34,153 bases of DNA from Fidelibacterota bacterium (GTDB taxonomy: Bacteria > Fidelibacterota > UBA8477 > JABMPR01), in contig JAOZSM010000006.1 of the NCBI GenBank assembly GCA_029939675.1, positions 1 to 34,153 of the forward strand, read 5' to 3'. Within the stretch, counting starts at the first letter, position 1, and the number at the start of each line of letters is the position of its first letter. Made by a program: the position numbers and the translations under genes. This document shows, one piece after another, positions 9,335-18,927 of this stretch. Under the pieces are notes generated by a model. The model had not been told where the DNA came from. It searched no databases and saw only the letters and a program-made list of their open reading frames with translations.

Positions 9335-11233
9335 TTAATGGGACTCAACCTCCACGGACTCATCGGAAAGTACTGGCAGGGGTTTGCCAAAGAATCTCAG
9401 TATCAGATAAAGAGTTGTAATACTTAAGACATAAAGCAGAATACCTGTGAAATATGATGGATTTGCAATAAGACCTATCGGTAAAAATCCAAATAGAATG
9501 GCAACTCCACCAACAGTCAGGGCATATGGAAGTTGAGTTTGAACATGGTCTACATTATCGGCGCCGCTGGCCAATGAAGACAGAATCGTTGTGTCGGATA
9601 TAGGTGAGCAATGATCACCAAATGTTGCCCCGCTGATAATACCTGAAAAGGTAGCCCAAAACATAACACTATAAACATCCCCATAAAACTGGATGGCGAG
9701 AGGGATAATCAGTGGAATCAGTATGGACATGGTACCATAGGAAGTTCCCGTGGCAAAACTGATCAGGGCTGCAACAATAAATGTCAAAGCTGGAAGTAGA
9801 CCTGGTGAGATCCAATCCTGGGTATGGTGGACGATAAAGTCAGCAGTATGAATATCGGTACAAACTGATCCAAGACTCCAGGCTAGAACCAGAATAATCG
9901 TTGCCAAGAACATGGTTCTAGCTCCTTCAAACCAGCTTTCGAGAGCAGCTTTGAGCGTTAATAACCGTTGCCCCAGAGCCATACTAATTGCCACTACAGC
10001 AGCGATATAGCTGGCCCACAGCAGAGCCCGGCTCGAATCTGTGCTGTCCATTATGAGGAGAACTTTCTGTAGAATCCCTGCATCTGCCGGGAAAGAATCG
10101 GGCATCCCTGTAATAATCATACCCACAATGGTCATGAAGATGACAATAAAAATCGGGATGACCGCATTGTACCAGCGATGAGGGATATGCTCTGGAATTG
10201 CATTTTTAAGCAGGGAATCGTCAGACAATGGCTTGGCACCTGGCCGCAGAATAGCCCCTGTCGTGATGGCCCGGGACTCGGCTTTGTACATCGGTCCAAA
10301 TTCCCTTTGCATGATCGCATTCATAAAGACAAACACAATAGCCAGAATGGCGTAATAGCTAAAAGGAATGGATAACAGAAAGATCAGATAGGCATTGGTA
10401 TGAATTCCCAATACTTTTAGTTGCCCATCTAAAAGGGACATAGCAAAAACAATCCAGGTACTGATCAAGCCGATACTGGCTACTGGTGCGGCTGTTGAAT
10501 CAACAATGTAACTTAGTTTTTCACGACTGACTCGCAGCTTATCGGTAAAAGGTCGCATGGTGTTTCCTACCAGCAGACTATTGGCATAATCATCAAAAAA
10601 GATAAAGAGCCCCATGGATGCGGTAGCGACTTGTCCTCGAACCCGGGTTTTGGCATACCGGGCGGCAATGGCGACAATCCCGGCTAAACCACCGTTTTTT
10701 TGAACAATTCCGATAAGTCCGCCAAAACCAAAAGTGAATAGAAGGATGGTGGCATGGCCAGGATCAGCAATGGTATTGACAACATAGCTATCCAGAGAGC
10801 GTAGGAATCCATTGATAGGATTATAGCCGAACATGATGGTCACTCCCACCCATATCCCGGAAAAAAGAGAAATCAACATCTCCTTGGTCAATAAGGCTAA
10901 GGCAATGGCCAAAAGAGGTGGAAGCAAACTCAGCCAACCCGGTATGGTAACAATCTCTTCCTGAATGACCTGTCCATCATTATGGGCATATTCAAGCATA
11001 ACATCGCCCCTTAGAACCACTTTGGTCGCCCCACTTGCTGAAGTGATCTGAAGTGTATTTCCTTCTATACCTTTGACCATGATCGGGTTTTGCGGGGAGG
11101 CTTGCGTAAAGTCCATCCACGAGATCTCAAAAGGGACACCTGATAGGATAAGTGCAGGATATTCTATGCTTTGAGCTAAGCCCGGGTTAACTACCCCAAA
11201 TAATAGGCTGAATGCTACAACAAATAATTTCAA
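9335..11233 (-). CDS. NhaC-family (ion transporter superfamily) membrane transporter with an N-terminal exported extension
   Basis: WLSLLPPLLAIALA, FFDDYANSLLVG, SREKLSYIVDSTAAP, ATGTSYGT, FGDHCSPISDTTILSS, HVQTQLPYA. Confidence 0.88.
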   Translation of the reverse strand: MKLFVVAFSLLFGVVNPGLAQSIEYPALILSGVPFEISWMDFTQASPQNPIMVKGIEGNTLQITSASGATKVVLRGDVMLEYAHNDGQVIQEEIVTIPGWLSLLPPLLAIALALLTKEMLISLFSGIWVGVTIMFGYNPINGFLRSLDSYVVNTIADPGHATILLFTFGFGGLIGIVQKNGGLAGIVAIAARYAKTRVRGQVATASMGLFIFFDDYANSLLVGNTMRPFTDKLRVSREKLSYIVDSTAAPVASIGLISTWIVFAMSLLDGQLKVLGIHTNAYLIFLLSIPFSYYAILAIVFVFMNAIMQREFGPMYKAESRAITTGAILRPGAKPLSDDSLLKNAIPEHIPHRWYNAVIPIFIVIFMTIVGMIITGMPDSFPADAGILQKVLLIMDSTDSSRALLWASYIAAVVAISMALGQRLLTLKAALESWFEGARTMFLATIILVLAWSLGSVCTDIHTADFIVHHTQDWISPGLLPALTFIVAALISFATGTSYGTMSILIPLIIPLAIQFYGDVYSVMFWATFSGIISGATFGDHCSPISDTTILSSLASGADNVDHVQTQLPYALTVGGVAILFGFLPIGLIANPSYFTGILLYVLSITTLYLILRFFGKPLPVLSDESVEVESH

Positions 11234-11238
11234 CTGTT

Positions 11239-12753
11239 TTAGGCCCCTGATTTTGGCACCATACCTTTCTCATACTTAACTACCTGATTTCCCCCGCGTC
11301 GTTTGGCAGTATACATAGCTGCATCAGCAGATTGAATTAATTCCTGCATGGTCTCACCATCACGTGGAAATTCAGAGAGGCCAATACTAATCTTATTCTG
11401 GATATTGATCGCATTCATTTCGTACTCATGGTTATTAATTGCGGAACACAGCCGACGGGCACTTTTCAAGCAGGCTTCGGCATCAGCATTTACCATGATA
11501 ACAACAAATTCCTCACCTCCGTAGCGGCCTGGAATATCACTGGTACGAATAGAATCTCGAATAATTTGGGATGTTTCTCTCAACACGAAATCACCCATGA
11601 GGTGACCATAGGTATCATTAACCAATTTGAATTTATCCAGATCCAGAAAAAGCACGACCAAAGAGTTCTGATAACGCCCTGCCCGGGCTAACTCTTCCTC
11701 AAAACGTTGTTTTAAGGCTCGAAGATTATACAAATGGGTCAGTGTATCAATAGTTGCATAATTGTTCAACCGCTCATACAGACTAAAACGGGTTAGAGCA
11801 GCTCCCAGGCTCTGGCTGATCATTTCAAATATGCCAACTTCACTTTGTTTAACTGGATATTCACTATATGACTCGAGAACGAGAACTCCTGGTGCATTTT
11901 TAACCTTTGCCAGAGGAAAAGCAATGACCTGGTCATAGGGATAGCCTTGATAATCACCTGTACGATAAATACCTTCAGGTTTGGTTTTGTGGCTTTTTTT
12001 AAAAACAAAATGCTGGCCAGTCAGAATAGAGCGACTCACTAATGAATTATATAGCGGGTAACTCATCCCCTGCTGTAGTCCTACCTCATCTCCTTCAATA
12101 GAGTCCACAATAAAGTATTCTGGAGTTTCCTCTGGGTGAAGCACCAGGACTGCCCGGTCGAAGTGGAGAAAGTATTTTCCAAATCGAGATATCTCATACA
12201 GGAAATCAGTTTTTGTGACGGCAATATTCAAGTGAGTATTTACCTCAAGCATGACTGACAGGTGATCACTTTTCTTCTTGTATTTTTCCAACATGTTTGA
12301 TGTTACGGAGTTTGCGCCAAGACTTTTTGCAACCCCATCGAACAAAGCCAGATTATAATCATCAGTTGAGCCACCTGCAGGAAGCAGGCAAAGCAGAAAT
12401 CCAGCCAGGGTTCCCTGATCACCTATGGGTGAAACCAGTGAATGTTCGGACCATTGATCTGGATCCTGAGAAAAAATGGCGGCATTCGCCTGATTTGAAA
12501 TAAAGGTACTGGAAAATGATTCCTGAGCCAGGATTTCGGTAATAACCGGTACTTCAGGCAGAATAGAATCAAACACATGATCCTGGTTGGTGGAAAGTTC
12601 TTGAAGAATGAAGTTTCCGGCATCATCAGGAACATATAAATAAATATTTATCTCAGGATAGGCAGAGAGTAGAATCTCTATAAGATTGTTCACCTGACTC
12701 TTAAAAAAAGGTTTAGTATCCAGATTCGCTAAATCGATATCTGTTAGTGCCAT
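11239..12753 (-). CDS. Diguanylate cyclase with N-terminal GAF-like domains
   Basis: DTLTHLYN, DLDKFKLVNDTYGHLMGD, intact GGEEF with an RxxD I-site (RTSD), ADAAMYTAKRRGGNQV; no TM segments seen. Confidence 0.92.
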   Translation of the reverse strand: MALTDIDLANLDTKPFFKSQVNNLIEILLSAYPEINIYLYVPDDAGNFILQELSTNQDHVFDSILPEVPVITEILAQESFSSTFISNQANAAIFSQDPDQWSEHSLVSPIGDQGTLAGFLLCLLPAGGSTDDYNLALFDGVAKSLGANSVTSNMLEKYKKKSDHLSVMLEVNTHLNIAVTKTDFLYEISRFGKYFLHFDRAVLVLHPEETPEYFIVDSIEGDEVGLQQGMSYPLYNSLVSRSILTGQHFVFKKSHKTKPEGIYRTGDYQGYPYDQVIAFPLAKVKNAPGVLVLESYSEYPVKQSEVGIFEMISQSLGAALTRFSLYERLNNYATIDTLTHLYNLRALKQRFEEELARAGRYQNSLVVLFLDLDKFKLVNDTYGHLMGDFVLRETSQIIRDSIRTSDIPGRYGGEEFVVIMVNADAEACLKSARRLCSAINNHEYEMNAINIQNKISIGLSEFPRDGETMQELIQSADAAMYTAKRRGGNQVVKYEKGMVPKSGA

Positions 12754-12871
12754 AATCTAACCCTACCTTCTTAACTTTAACTCGTAATCAACTTCAAGAG
12801 TTGACGACCTGAACAATCTTAATAATGCGTCGTTTCAGACGATTTAAGCAATAGACTTAAAGTTAAAGGTG

Positions 12872-12899
12872 AGGAGTATCAAAATCAATTGATACTCCT
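12872..12899 (-). terminator. Stem-loop, probable intrinsic terminator after the anti-sigma gene
   Basis: Perfect 11-bp inverted repeat AGGAGTATCAA / TTGATACTCCT with a 6-nt loop; the downstream U-tract (cacctttaacttt) is weak. Confidence 0.55.
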
Positions 12900-12955
12900 G
12901 AAACTTACAGGATTAATAAAGTTATAAAAATTGAGAAATCAGTAATAAAAAATGA

Positions 12956-13477
12956 CTATTGGGTATCACTGACCAATTGCAAAGATGAGGTCCCGCTATT
13001 GGTGGCGCGATGTGGTATTTTAAGCGAATCAGCGGTATTTCCCAAAAGACTATCTACGTTATCGGCAATTGATTCCATGGGTTGGATTTGGGGGTTTTCC
13101 CGGCCAGTATAATCGCGAATTCCGTTGGGAGAGATTGGGTCAATCCAGATGTTTAGTCCCAGGGCAACAATAAGACCAGCAGCAATTGCATAGCCAGCAA
13201 CCCGGGTAAATGAAGATTGATATACTCTTTGCCAGGGAGATTGATGATTTAAATCATCAATTTTAGACATGAGATTTTGAGTAAAATCTGGTTTTGTGGT
13301 TAGACTTGGAAATTCATGAAGCTGGTCCAGCACTCTGTTTAACTCTTGATAGATATCGCGACACGAAGAACATACAGTAAGATGGGCATCTACCCGAGCT
13401 CTTGTTTCCGATGTTAACGAATTTTCCTGATAGTCTGTAAATTGTTCACCAATGTAGATACATTCGTCATTCTGCAT
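12956..13477 (-). CDS. Zinc-binding (ZAS, zf-HC2) membrane-anchored anti-sigma factor
   Basis: HxxxCxxC motif (HLTVCSSC), one TM helix (VAGYAIAAGLIVALGLNIWI), directly downstream of the ECF sigma gene. Confidence 0.88.
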   Translation of the reverse strand: MQNDECIYIGEQFTDYQENSLTSETRARVDAHLTVCSSCRDIYQELNRVLDQLHEFPSLTTKPDFTQNLMSKIDDLNHQSPWQRVYQSSFTRVAGYAIAAGLIVALGLNIWIDPISPNGIRDYTGRENPQIQPMESIADNVDSLLGNTADSLKIPHRATNSGTSSLQLVSDTQ

Positions 13478-13529
13478 GTTTAAAATTCCTCGATGTGGGT
13501 TGCTCTCGCGATAACGATTTCGCTATGGA

Positions 13530-14099
13530 CTACTCCCTTAGGTAACTTAACGTTTCCTGTAATTTCAAACGCGCTCTATTCACGCGTGATTTGACAGTTC
13601 CCATTGGAATGTCGAGTATTGTACTAATGTCTTCGTAGGAAAGTTCCTGGATATCTCGTAAAATTATGATTGTTTTAAAGGGTTCAGCCAACTGCTTAAT
13701 CGCCTTCATAATTTCTTCTCCGGCATATGTATTAAATACGATCCCTTCTGTGTCCTTATCAGGGTCAACCGGTGTAAATTCATTATCCTCATATGATAAT
13801 TGAGACATGGTAAAAGTCTTACGACGCTTCCGTTTCCTTAATTCTGACCGGGCCAGGTTGCCGGCAATTGTATAAATCCAGGTAGAAAACTTGGCAATTT
13901 CACGATAAGCGTGTTTGTTTTTATAAACCTTGAGGAAGGTCTCCTGCACCAGGTCTTCAGCATCGGTCATATCATTGAGAAAGCGATAAACAAAATTAAT
14001 CAAACGGTCTTTATACCGATCGACTAGTTCCACGAAGGAATGATCATCGCCACCTTGAAATTCAGCAATTAATTGTTCATCAGTTTTAGTCTTATTCAT
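13530..14099 (-). CDS. ECF RNA polymerase sigma-70 factor (RpoE/SigW-like)
   Basis: Region 2 DAEDLVQETFLKVY...FSTWIYTIAGN and region 4 LSYEDISTILDIPMGTVKSRVNRAR; likely start ATG 14099. Confidence 0.95.
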   Translation of the reverse strand: MNKTKTDEQLIAEFQGGDDHSFVELVDRYKDRLINFVYRFLNDMTDAEDLVQETFLKVYKNKHAYREIAKFSTWIYTIAGNLARSELRKRKRRKTFTMSQLSYEDNEFTPVDPDKDTEGIVFNTYAGEEIMKAIKQLAEPFKTIIILRDIQELSYEDISTILDIPMGTVKSRVNRARLKLQETLSYLRE

Positions 14100-14123
14100 G
14101 CAACACCAAAGTAAGAGTTTTTT

Positions 14124-14186
14124 AACCACAGATGAACACCAGTTTTCATTCTTCGAGCTATGCCAAGCAGGCTGATGAACACCGAT
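14124..14186. repeat. Short direct repeat GATGAACACC (two copies) within AACCACAGATGAACACC...GATGAACACCGAT
   Basis: Exact 10-mer at 14131-14140 and 14174-14183, upstream of the sigma gene. Confidence 0.55.
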
Positions 14187-14254
14187 AAGGGGGGAAATGA
14201 ATTTTGACGAAGCAGCATATGGCTACTCGCGTAATAATATGTTTTATTAATATT

Positions 14255-14402
14255 GACGTCCCCGCAAAAAGTCCCTCTCGCAGAGGTACAGAGACGCAGG
14301 GAATTGATATTTATGAGTTTAGGCATGTTTGCGTTATGTGGTTGTGTTTTATGTGCTTAGGGTGCATTTTATGATTTCTCAACTACTTTTTGCGGCTTCA
14401 TC
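14255..14402. mobile_element. MITE-like non-autonomous element, copy 2 (148 bp)
   Basis: Imperfect 18-bp TIRs (GACGTCCCCGCAAAAAGT / ACTTTTTGCGGCTTCATC, 14/18) flanked by direct repeat AATATT at 14249-14254 and 14403-14408. Colinear with copy 1, including internal TTAGGGTG. Confidence 0.82.
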
Positions 14403-14455
14403 AATATTTATTTTTATGTCCTCTGGGTTCTATGCTTTAAATTTTCTATTGTTGT

Positions 14456-15466
14456 TCAGACAACCTTTGATACCCAAGTAGAAAAGACCGTTAATAAATC
14501 CATAGAACCTAATCTAAACTGCAGATCGAGATCAGCTAATTCACGGGTGGCAAGCTGCAATTCAGTGAGCGAATACTTTCTGGAAAATGGTTGTAATTTC
14601 ATCAGGATGTAGTTTGAGGTAGCCCCCTGACCAATTGCTTTCCGGGCTTCCGGTGTTTCATGAAGAGTCATGAATTGAATCAAACGATTATAAAGCATGG
14701 CTACGAGATAGGGCAGGCCTTCCTTGCCTTGATGATGAATTTCAACCAGGGTTTGGATCGCCATCCGGCGGTCACGATTAGAGAATGCCTGAATAAATTG
14801 CTCCACTTGGGCATTCTCAACAGTACCTGCTACCTGGTCCACCAGGTCACGGTTAATTACTGAATTAGAATCATCCAGATAGAGAGCCAGTTTCTCTAAT
14901 TCATTGTCGATAATGGCTAACTCTCCACTACTGAGTTCCATAAGGCGATAAATCGCAGGATCATCAATTTCCAGCTCATGACGGGTAGCCATATCACGAA
15001 CTATTCTTGGAATGAACGCGCTATCAGAGATGCTCAGGGGGACGACTTGGGCCACATCCTGCATGGCTTTCAGCCAAATAGCTTTCCGGAAATCACTGAT
15101 AGAGTAGTGGACAAGAACTACGGTATCCGGAGGAAGTTTACCCAGAAGATCAGCTAAATTTGTTTTGACCTGCTTTCCAGAATCCTGGATCTCATGCAAC
15201 ATAACCAGACTTGCTGATGAAAAAAGTCCACCCCCACTCAGTAAAGAGCTCACATCAGTGACAGCCTTAAGATCTACGCCCCAACGTTGAACAAGATCAG
15301 CGTGCTCGCCAAATCTGGTTCTAAAGGCAGATTGGAGTTCAGTAATAAATTGGCGATATAGATAGTATTCAGATCCCATGGCAAAATACAAGGGAGCCAG
15401 CTTACCTCCACGTAGATCGGACAGTATCTGTAAGTAAAGGGGATATTGATTCTTATTGAACGCCAT
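14456..15466 (-). CDS. holA: DNA polymerase III delta subunit
   Basis: LAPLYFAMGSEYY, GLFSSASLV, NELEKLALY, INRDLVDQV; 336-aa length fits HolA. Confidence 0.85.
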   Translation of the reverse strand: MAFNKNQYPLYLQILSDLRGGKLAPLYFAMGSEYYLYRQFITELQSAFRTRFGEHADLVQRWGVDLKAVTDVSSLLSGGGLFSSASLVMLHEIQDSGKQVKTNLADLLGKLPPDTVVLVHYSISDFRKAIWLKAMQDVAQVVPLSISDSAFIPRIVRDMATRHELEIDDPAIYRLMELSSGELAIIDNELEKLALYLDDSNSVINRDLVDQVAGTVENAQVEQFIQAFSNRDRRMAIQTLVEIHHQGKEGLPYLVAMLYNRLIQFMTLHETPEARKAIGQGATSNYILMKLQPFSRKYSLTELQLATRELADLDLQFRLGSMDLLTVFSTWVSKVV

Positions 15467-15467
15467 A

Positions 15468-16283
15468 TTAAAAGTAGATCAAACCTATAATTGCGATACT
15501 GAAACAATACCAGGCAAAATAATGAAATTTACCCTGCCGGAGCAACTTGAGTAACCATTTCAAGCTTACATATCCGACTAAAAATGAGACCACCAGCCCA
15601 ATCCCCAGAATCAGACCTTCGTCTGCAGAAATTCCAACTTCCAGCAGATCTTTAAATTCAAGTACAGTTGCGGCAACGATAAGCGGAAGCACCATGATAA
15701 AGCTGAACCGAGCTGCCTGTTCCTGTTTCACACCAAGTGCCAGAGCCATAGCGATGGTTGATCCTGAACGCGATATTCCAGGGACAAGCGCCAGGGCCTG
15801 GGCAAATCCAATCAACAGGGCTCGCTTCAAATCAATTGGCTGATCAGCTGGCTTAAAATATTTTGTTGAGAGTAACAAAGCACCGGTAACTAATAAAGCA
15901 ATACTCACCATAACAGGATTCGAGAACAGGTTACTGATCTGATCCCTTAGGAGTAGACCCACAACACCAGCGGGTAACATGGCAATGAGCATAAGAACTG
16001 CCAATCTAAATTCAGGATTCTGTTCATACTCACTCTTCCATTGACCGGGTGAGACAATTCGAGTAAAAAAGATGCCCAGTAAATTGAGAATATCATTCCA
16101 GAAGATAACCAGCACAGCCAGAAAAGTCCCCAGATGTACAACCAATTCAAAAGCGATACTGTCTTTAAAAGCATGCGTACCTAACAGGGCTTCTCCCAAA
16201 ACCAGGTGCCCTGAGCTGGAAACGGGTAGAAATTCTGTTAAGCCTTGAATTACCGCCAGAATAGCAGCACTGAGTACACTCAT
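15468..16283 (-). CDS. uppP: Undecaprenyl-diphosphate phosphatase (BacA/UppP)
   Basis: QGLTEFLPVSSSGHL, HLGT, PGISRSGSTI, ARFSF. Confidence 0.96.
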   Translation of the reverse strand: MSVLSAAILAVIQGLTEFLPVSSSGHLVLGEALLGTHAFKDSIAFELVVHLGTFLAVLVIFWNDILNLLGIFFTRIVSPGQWKSEYEQNPEFRLAVLMLIAMLPAGVVGLLLRDQISNLFSNPVMVSIALLVTGALLLSTKYFKPADQPIDLKRALLIGFAQALALVPGISRSGSTIAMALALGVKQEQAARFSFIMVLPLIVAATVLEFKDLLEVGISADEGLILGIGLVVSFLVGYVSLKWLLKLLRQGKFHYFAWYCFSIAIIGLIYF

Positions 16284-16999
16284 GAGTGGATTCCGATCAC
16301 TGACATCATTCTACCTGTAATTTCTTTATCGCGCCGATGGGAAAAGAATAAATCCTGGTCCCGATAACTACAGAAAGGCATCACTTCTATCTGCTCAACG
16401 GGGATTCCATGCTTCACGCCTGTATCCATTAAATGTTGATTATTATTAAAATATGAGTGGTCACTGTCCGGTATCATTCGAAGGTACTCCGGTTTAAACT
16501 TCTCGCTAAATTCTGGACCGACTTCAAAATTATCCTGGCTCAGACCAGGTCCGATCACCATTGATAAAGAAGCTGGTGAAACGTTAAAAGCATGCATCAT
16601 TTCCCTGATTGTATGTCCCAGAATATCCAACTCAGAACCCTGCCAGCCAGAATGAACGGCAGCCACCAGGGGACGGTCCTCAGACCAGATCAAAACCGGC
16701 GTACAATCAGCGGTGAGAATGCTTAAATAGACATCGGTTTGTTCGGTGATCAGAGCGTCACATTCAGCATATTTCCCAGGGCGATGGATGATCTCAATTC
16801 CAGCACGACTGATCTGGATGGGTTGAGCAAGTTGAGCCTCATCAATGCTGAACTCATTTAGGAATTCCTGGCGATTAGCATGAACGTTTTCTGCAGAATC
16901 ACCTTTAGAAGTTGACATATTCAACCCTTGAAAAGGAGCTTTACTTTGGCCTCCCTGACGGGTTGAAAAGCCGAGCTTAATTTGCTGCGGTACCGGCAA
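16280..16999 (-). CDS. pgeF: YfiH/PgeF (LACC1-like) purine nucleoside enzyme / peptidoglycan editing factor
   Basis: STRQGG, LNMS, DALIT, TADCTPV, HSGWQG, IGPGL, FFSHRR, GRMMSVI. The usual QVH histidine is absent (QIS). Confidence 0.88.
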   Translation of the reverse strand: MPVPQQIKLGFSTRQGGQSKAPFQGLNMSTSKGDSAENVHANRQEFLNEFSIDEAQLAQPIQISRAGIEIIHRPGKYAECDALITEQTDVYLSILTADCTPVLIWSEDRPLVAAVHSGWQGSELDILGHTIREMMHAFNVSPASLSMVIGPGLSQDNFEVGPEFSEKFKPEYLRMIPDSDHSYFNNNQHLMDTGVKHGIPVEQIEVMPFCSYRDQDLFFSHRRDKEITGRMMSVIGIHS

Positions 17000-17019
17000 A
17001 TGTTGCGGCTTAAGGACTC

Positions 17020-18924
17020 TTACTCGATCTCTGATGTTGCCCCCACACCTAGACTATCCATGGAGAAAAAGCCGGAGTTATCATAATACCCGGTGAGCTC
17101 AAAGGCCTTATCTACATAATCCATGAGAAACACCAGATCATTTTCCCGACGGGTATCCCCACCCCATTGAACCTGATGCACCAGGCCTTCGTAGGTCGGT
17201 GAATTGATCAGGACATCCCAGAGTTTACTGCCTGATCCACCAGCGTATTGGCTGGCATGCAGCACCATACCCATAGCATCAAAACCCATGAAGTCGTATT
17301 GCTCAGGACGATGTTTAAAAATTCTATTGTATTTATCAGAATACGGTTTGCTGATCTCTTGGAATCCAAGTCGATCACCGGCAACAATGGTTAATTTAGG
17401 GAGATAACTGGCATTTTTCTTCAGCGCATCACGATCCAGCCAATTTTCATCACCCAGAACGTGGGTGACCAGATTATTATGGGCAATCTGAGCGGCTATA
17501 TAGGTGATGCTTCCCTTGTGAATTGGAAAAAATATTCCATCAATATGAGAAAGCTCAACGTGAATAGAGTCACCCCGGGTTGGGCGTGATTTCTTCAGGA
17601 TCGGCCGTAGTTGTTCCCGATAGATATTCACAGAATCACCCTCTGAGATCAGACCGCTAAGCAGAGAATCCAGGCGTAGAGAATCAAGCTGCATTTTCTG
17701 GTATAATTCTTCCAGGCCCTGTTCTCTAATTCTGCGAAAATGAACTTTTGAAAGATCAGTAGGGTCTCCTACATACCATCCTTGATATTGGATCAACCCG
17801 CCTAATTCATCTACTCGAGTGGCAAAGTTATCAGCAAACTGCTGGCCATATTCAGTAGAGGGAGCAATAATTGCGAAGGTTTCCAATCCCAACGTTTGCA
17901 CAGCATATTCAGCCATGGCAATTGCTTTGCGTTCCCGGGTGGCTCGAAATTGGAAGATTCCCTGGGAGAGATTAGTCAGATGATCTTCGGTTGCTGCTGG
18001 AGCTATGATGGGAATGCGGTGCCCTTCGAGGACAGCCGCAGTACCCTTGATATTCACATTGGTAAGAGGACCTATCTGAGCGATAATTCGGGGATCATCC
18101 CGGACTTCCCTGGCAATTTTAATACTCTCTGATAATTTACTTTCATTATCAAAGACGTGTAAATTTACTATTTGCTGGCTACTATCCATATAGGTCATGG
18201 CGGCATACCTGACACCATCCAGAAGGGGACTTCCAATAGATGAAAGCGTCCCTGATAAGGGTAAGACTACAGCAACATGGAGCGTATCTGCCTGCGTTTG
18301 ACTGAATCGATTATAAAGCTTCATGGCTCGTTTACGAAGGTCTTCATCGTGGATATAGGGTCTTAGATTAAACAGAATTCCTAAGGATTCACCCTGCTCT
18401 CCATCCTTGAGGAAACGCTCAGCAACCAGCAATGCTAAAAACTGGCCTGTCCGATCAACGGATCTGCTGGCTAAAGCATGAAGATCATCGATATCGCACA
18501 CCGTCCCCACCAAAGATTCTGCATATTCCCTAGCTGCTTTGCGAATTTTTTTATCATTTGTTGTGGCTGCAGAATTAGCAAAATACCAGGCTGCCTCGCG
18601 AGCATCTCCCAGATCCAGATAGATCTCCCCCAGCAGAAATTGAAGATCATCCTGATAATTACTCCCAGGATAAGTTTGGGGGAACTCCCGGGCCAGCATC
18701 AGTGCTCGCTGACTGAATCCCAGTTTATTGTAACAGCGAATCCGCATATAGGATGAAGCAGATCGTTGAGGATTGAGTGAAACACTTTCGTCTGCCAGTT
18801 CTCCAAAAATGCGCAGGGCTTCCCAATAAGCGCCCTGATTGTAAAGAGAAACACCGTCCTTAAAATCAGGACGAGCACTAAATAGCAGTACAGGAAAAAG
18901 AAGAAATAGTATCCAATTACGCAT
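17020..18924 (-). CDS. Exported TPR plus type I periplasmic-binding-fold protein (LpoA/LppC-like)
   Basis: Signal peptide, N-terminal TPR helices, then VAVVLPLSG, IGPL, PIIAP, FAIIAPSTEYG and GFDAM motifs of the LpoA C-terminal/Peripla_BP fold. Confidence 0.72.
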   Translation of the reverse strand: MRNWILFLLFPVLLFSARPDFKDGVSLYNQGAYWEALRIFGELADESVSLNPQRSASSYMRIRCYNKLGFSQRALMLAREFPQTYPGSNYQDDLQFLLGEIYLDLGDAREAAWYFANSAATTNDKKIRKAAREYAESLVGTVCDIDDLHALASRSVDRTGQFLALLVAERFLKDGEQGESLGILFNLRPYIHDEDLRKRAMKLYNRFSQTQADTLHVAVVLPLSGTLSSIGSPLLDGVRYAAMTYMDSSQQIVNLHVFDNESKLSESIKIAREVRDDPRIIAQIGPLTNVNIKGTAAVLEGHRIPIIAPAATEDHLTNLSQGIFQFRATRERKAIAMAEYAVQTLGLETFAIIAPSTEYGQQFADNFATRVDELGGLIQYQGWYVGDPTDLSKVHFRRIREQGLEELYQKMQLDSLRLDSLLSGLISEGDSVNIYREQLRPILKKSRPTRGDSIHVELSHIDGIFFPIHKGSITYIAAQIAHNNLVTHVLGDENWLDRDALKKNASYLPKLTIVAGDRLGFQEISKPYSDKYNRIFKHRPEQYDFMGFDAMGMVLHASQYAGGSGSKLWDVLINSPTYEGLVHQVQWGGDTRRENDLVFLMDYVDKAFELTGYYDNSGFFSMDSLGVGATSEIE

Positions 18925-18927
18925 TGC

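Noticed and set aside
9319-9390. Extended N-terminus of the TPR protein given in the ORF track
   Set aside because: Overlaps the NhaC gene by 56 bp; ATG 9318 gives a clean signal-like N-terminus.
12956-14099. ECF sigma as output of the FecR/barrel module
   Set aside because: It lies over 18 kb from the FecR gene and has its own adjacent ZAS anti-sigma, and the FecR protein has no cytoplasmic anti-sigma domain.
14096-14326. 76-aa minus-strand ORF upstream of the sigma gene
   Set aside because: Starts inside MITE copy 2, crosses repeat DNA and has no recognisable motif.
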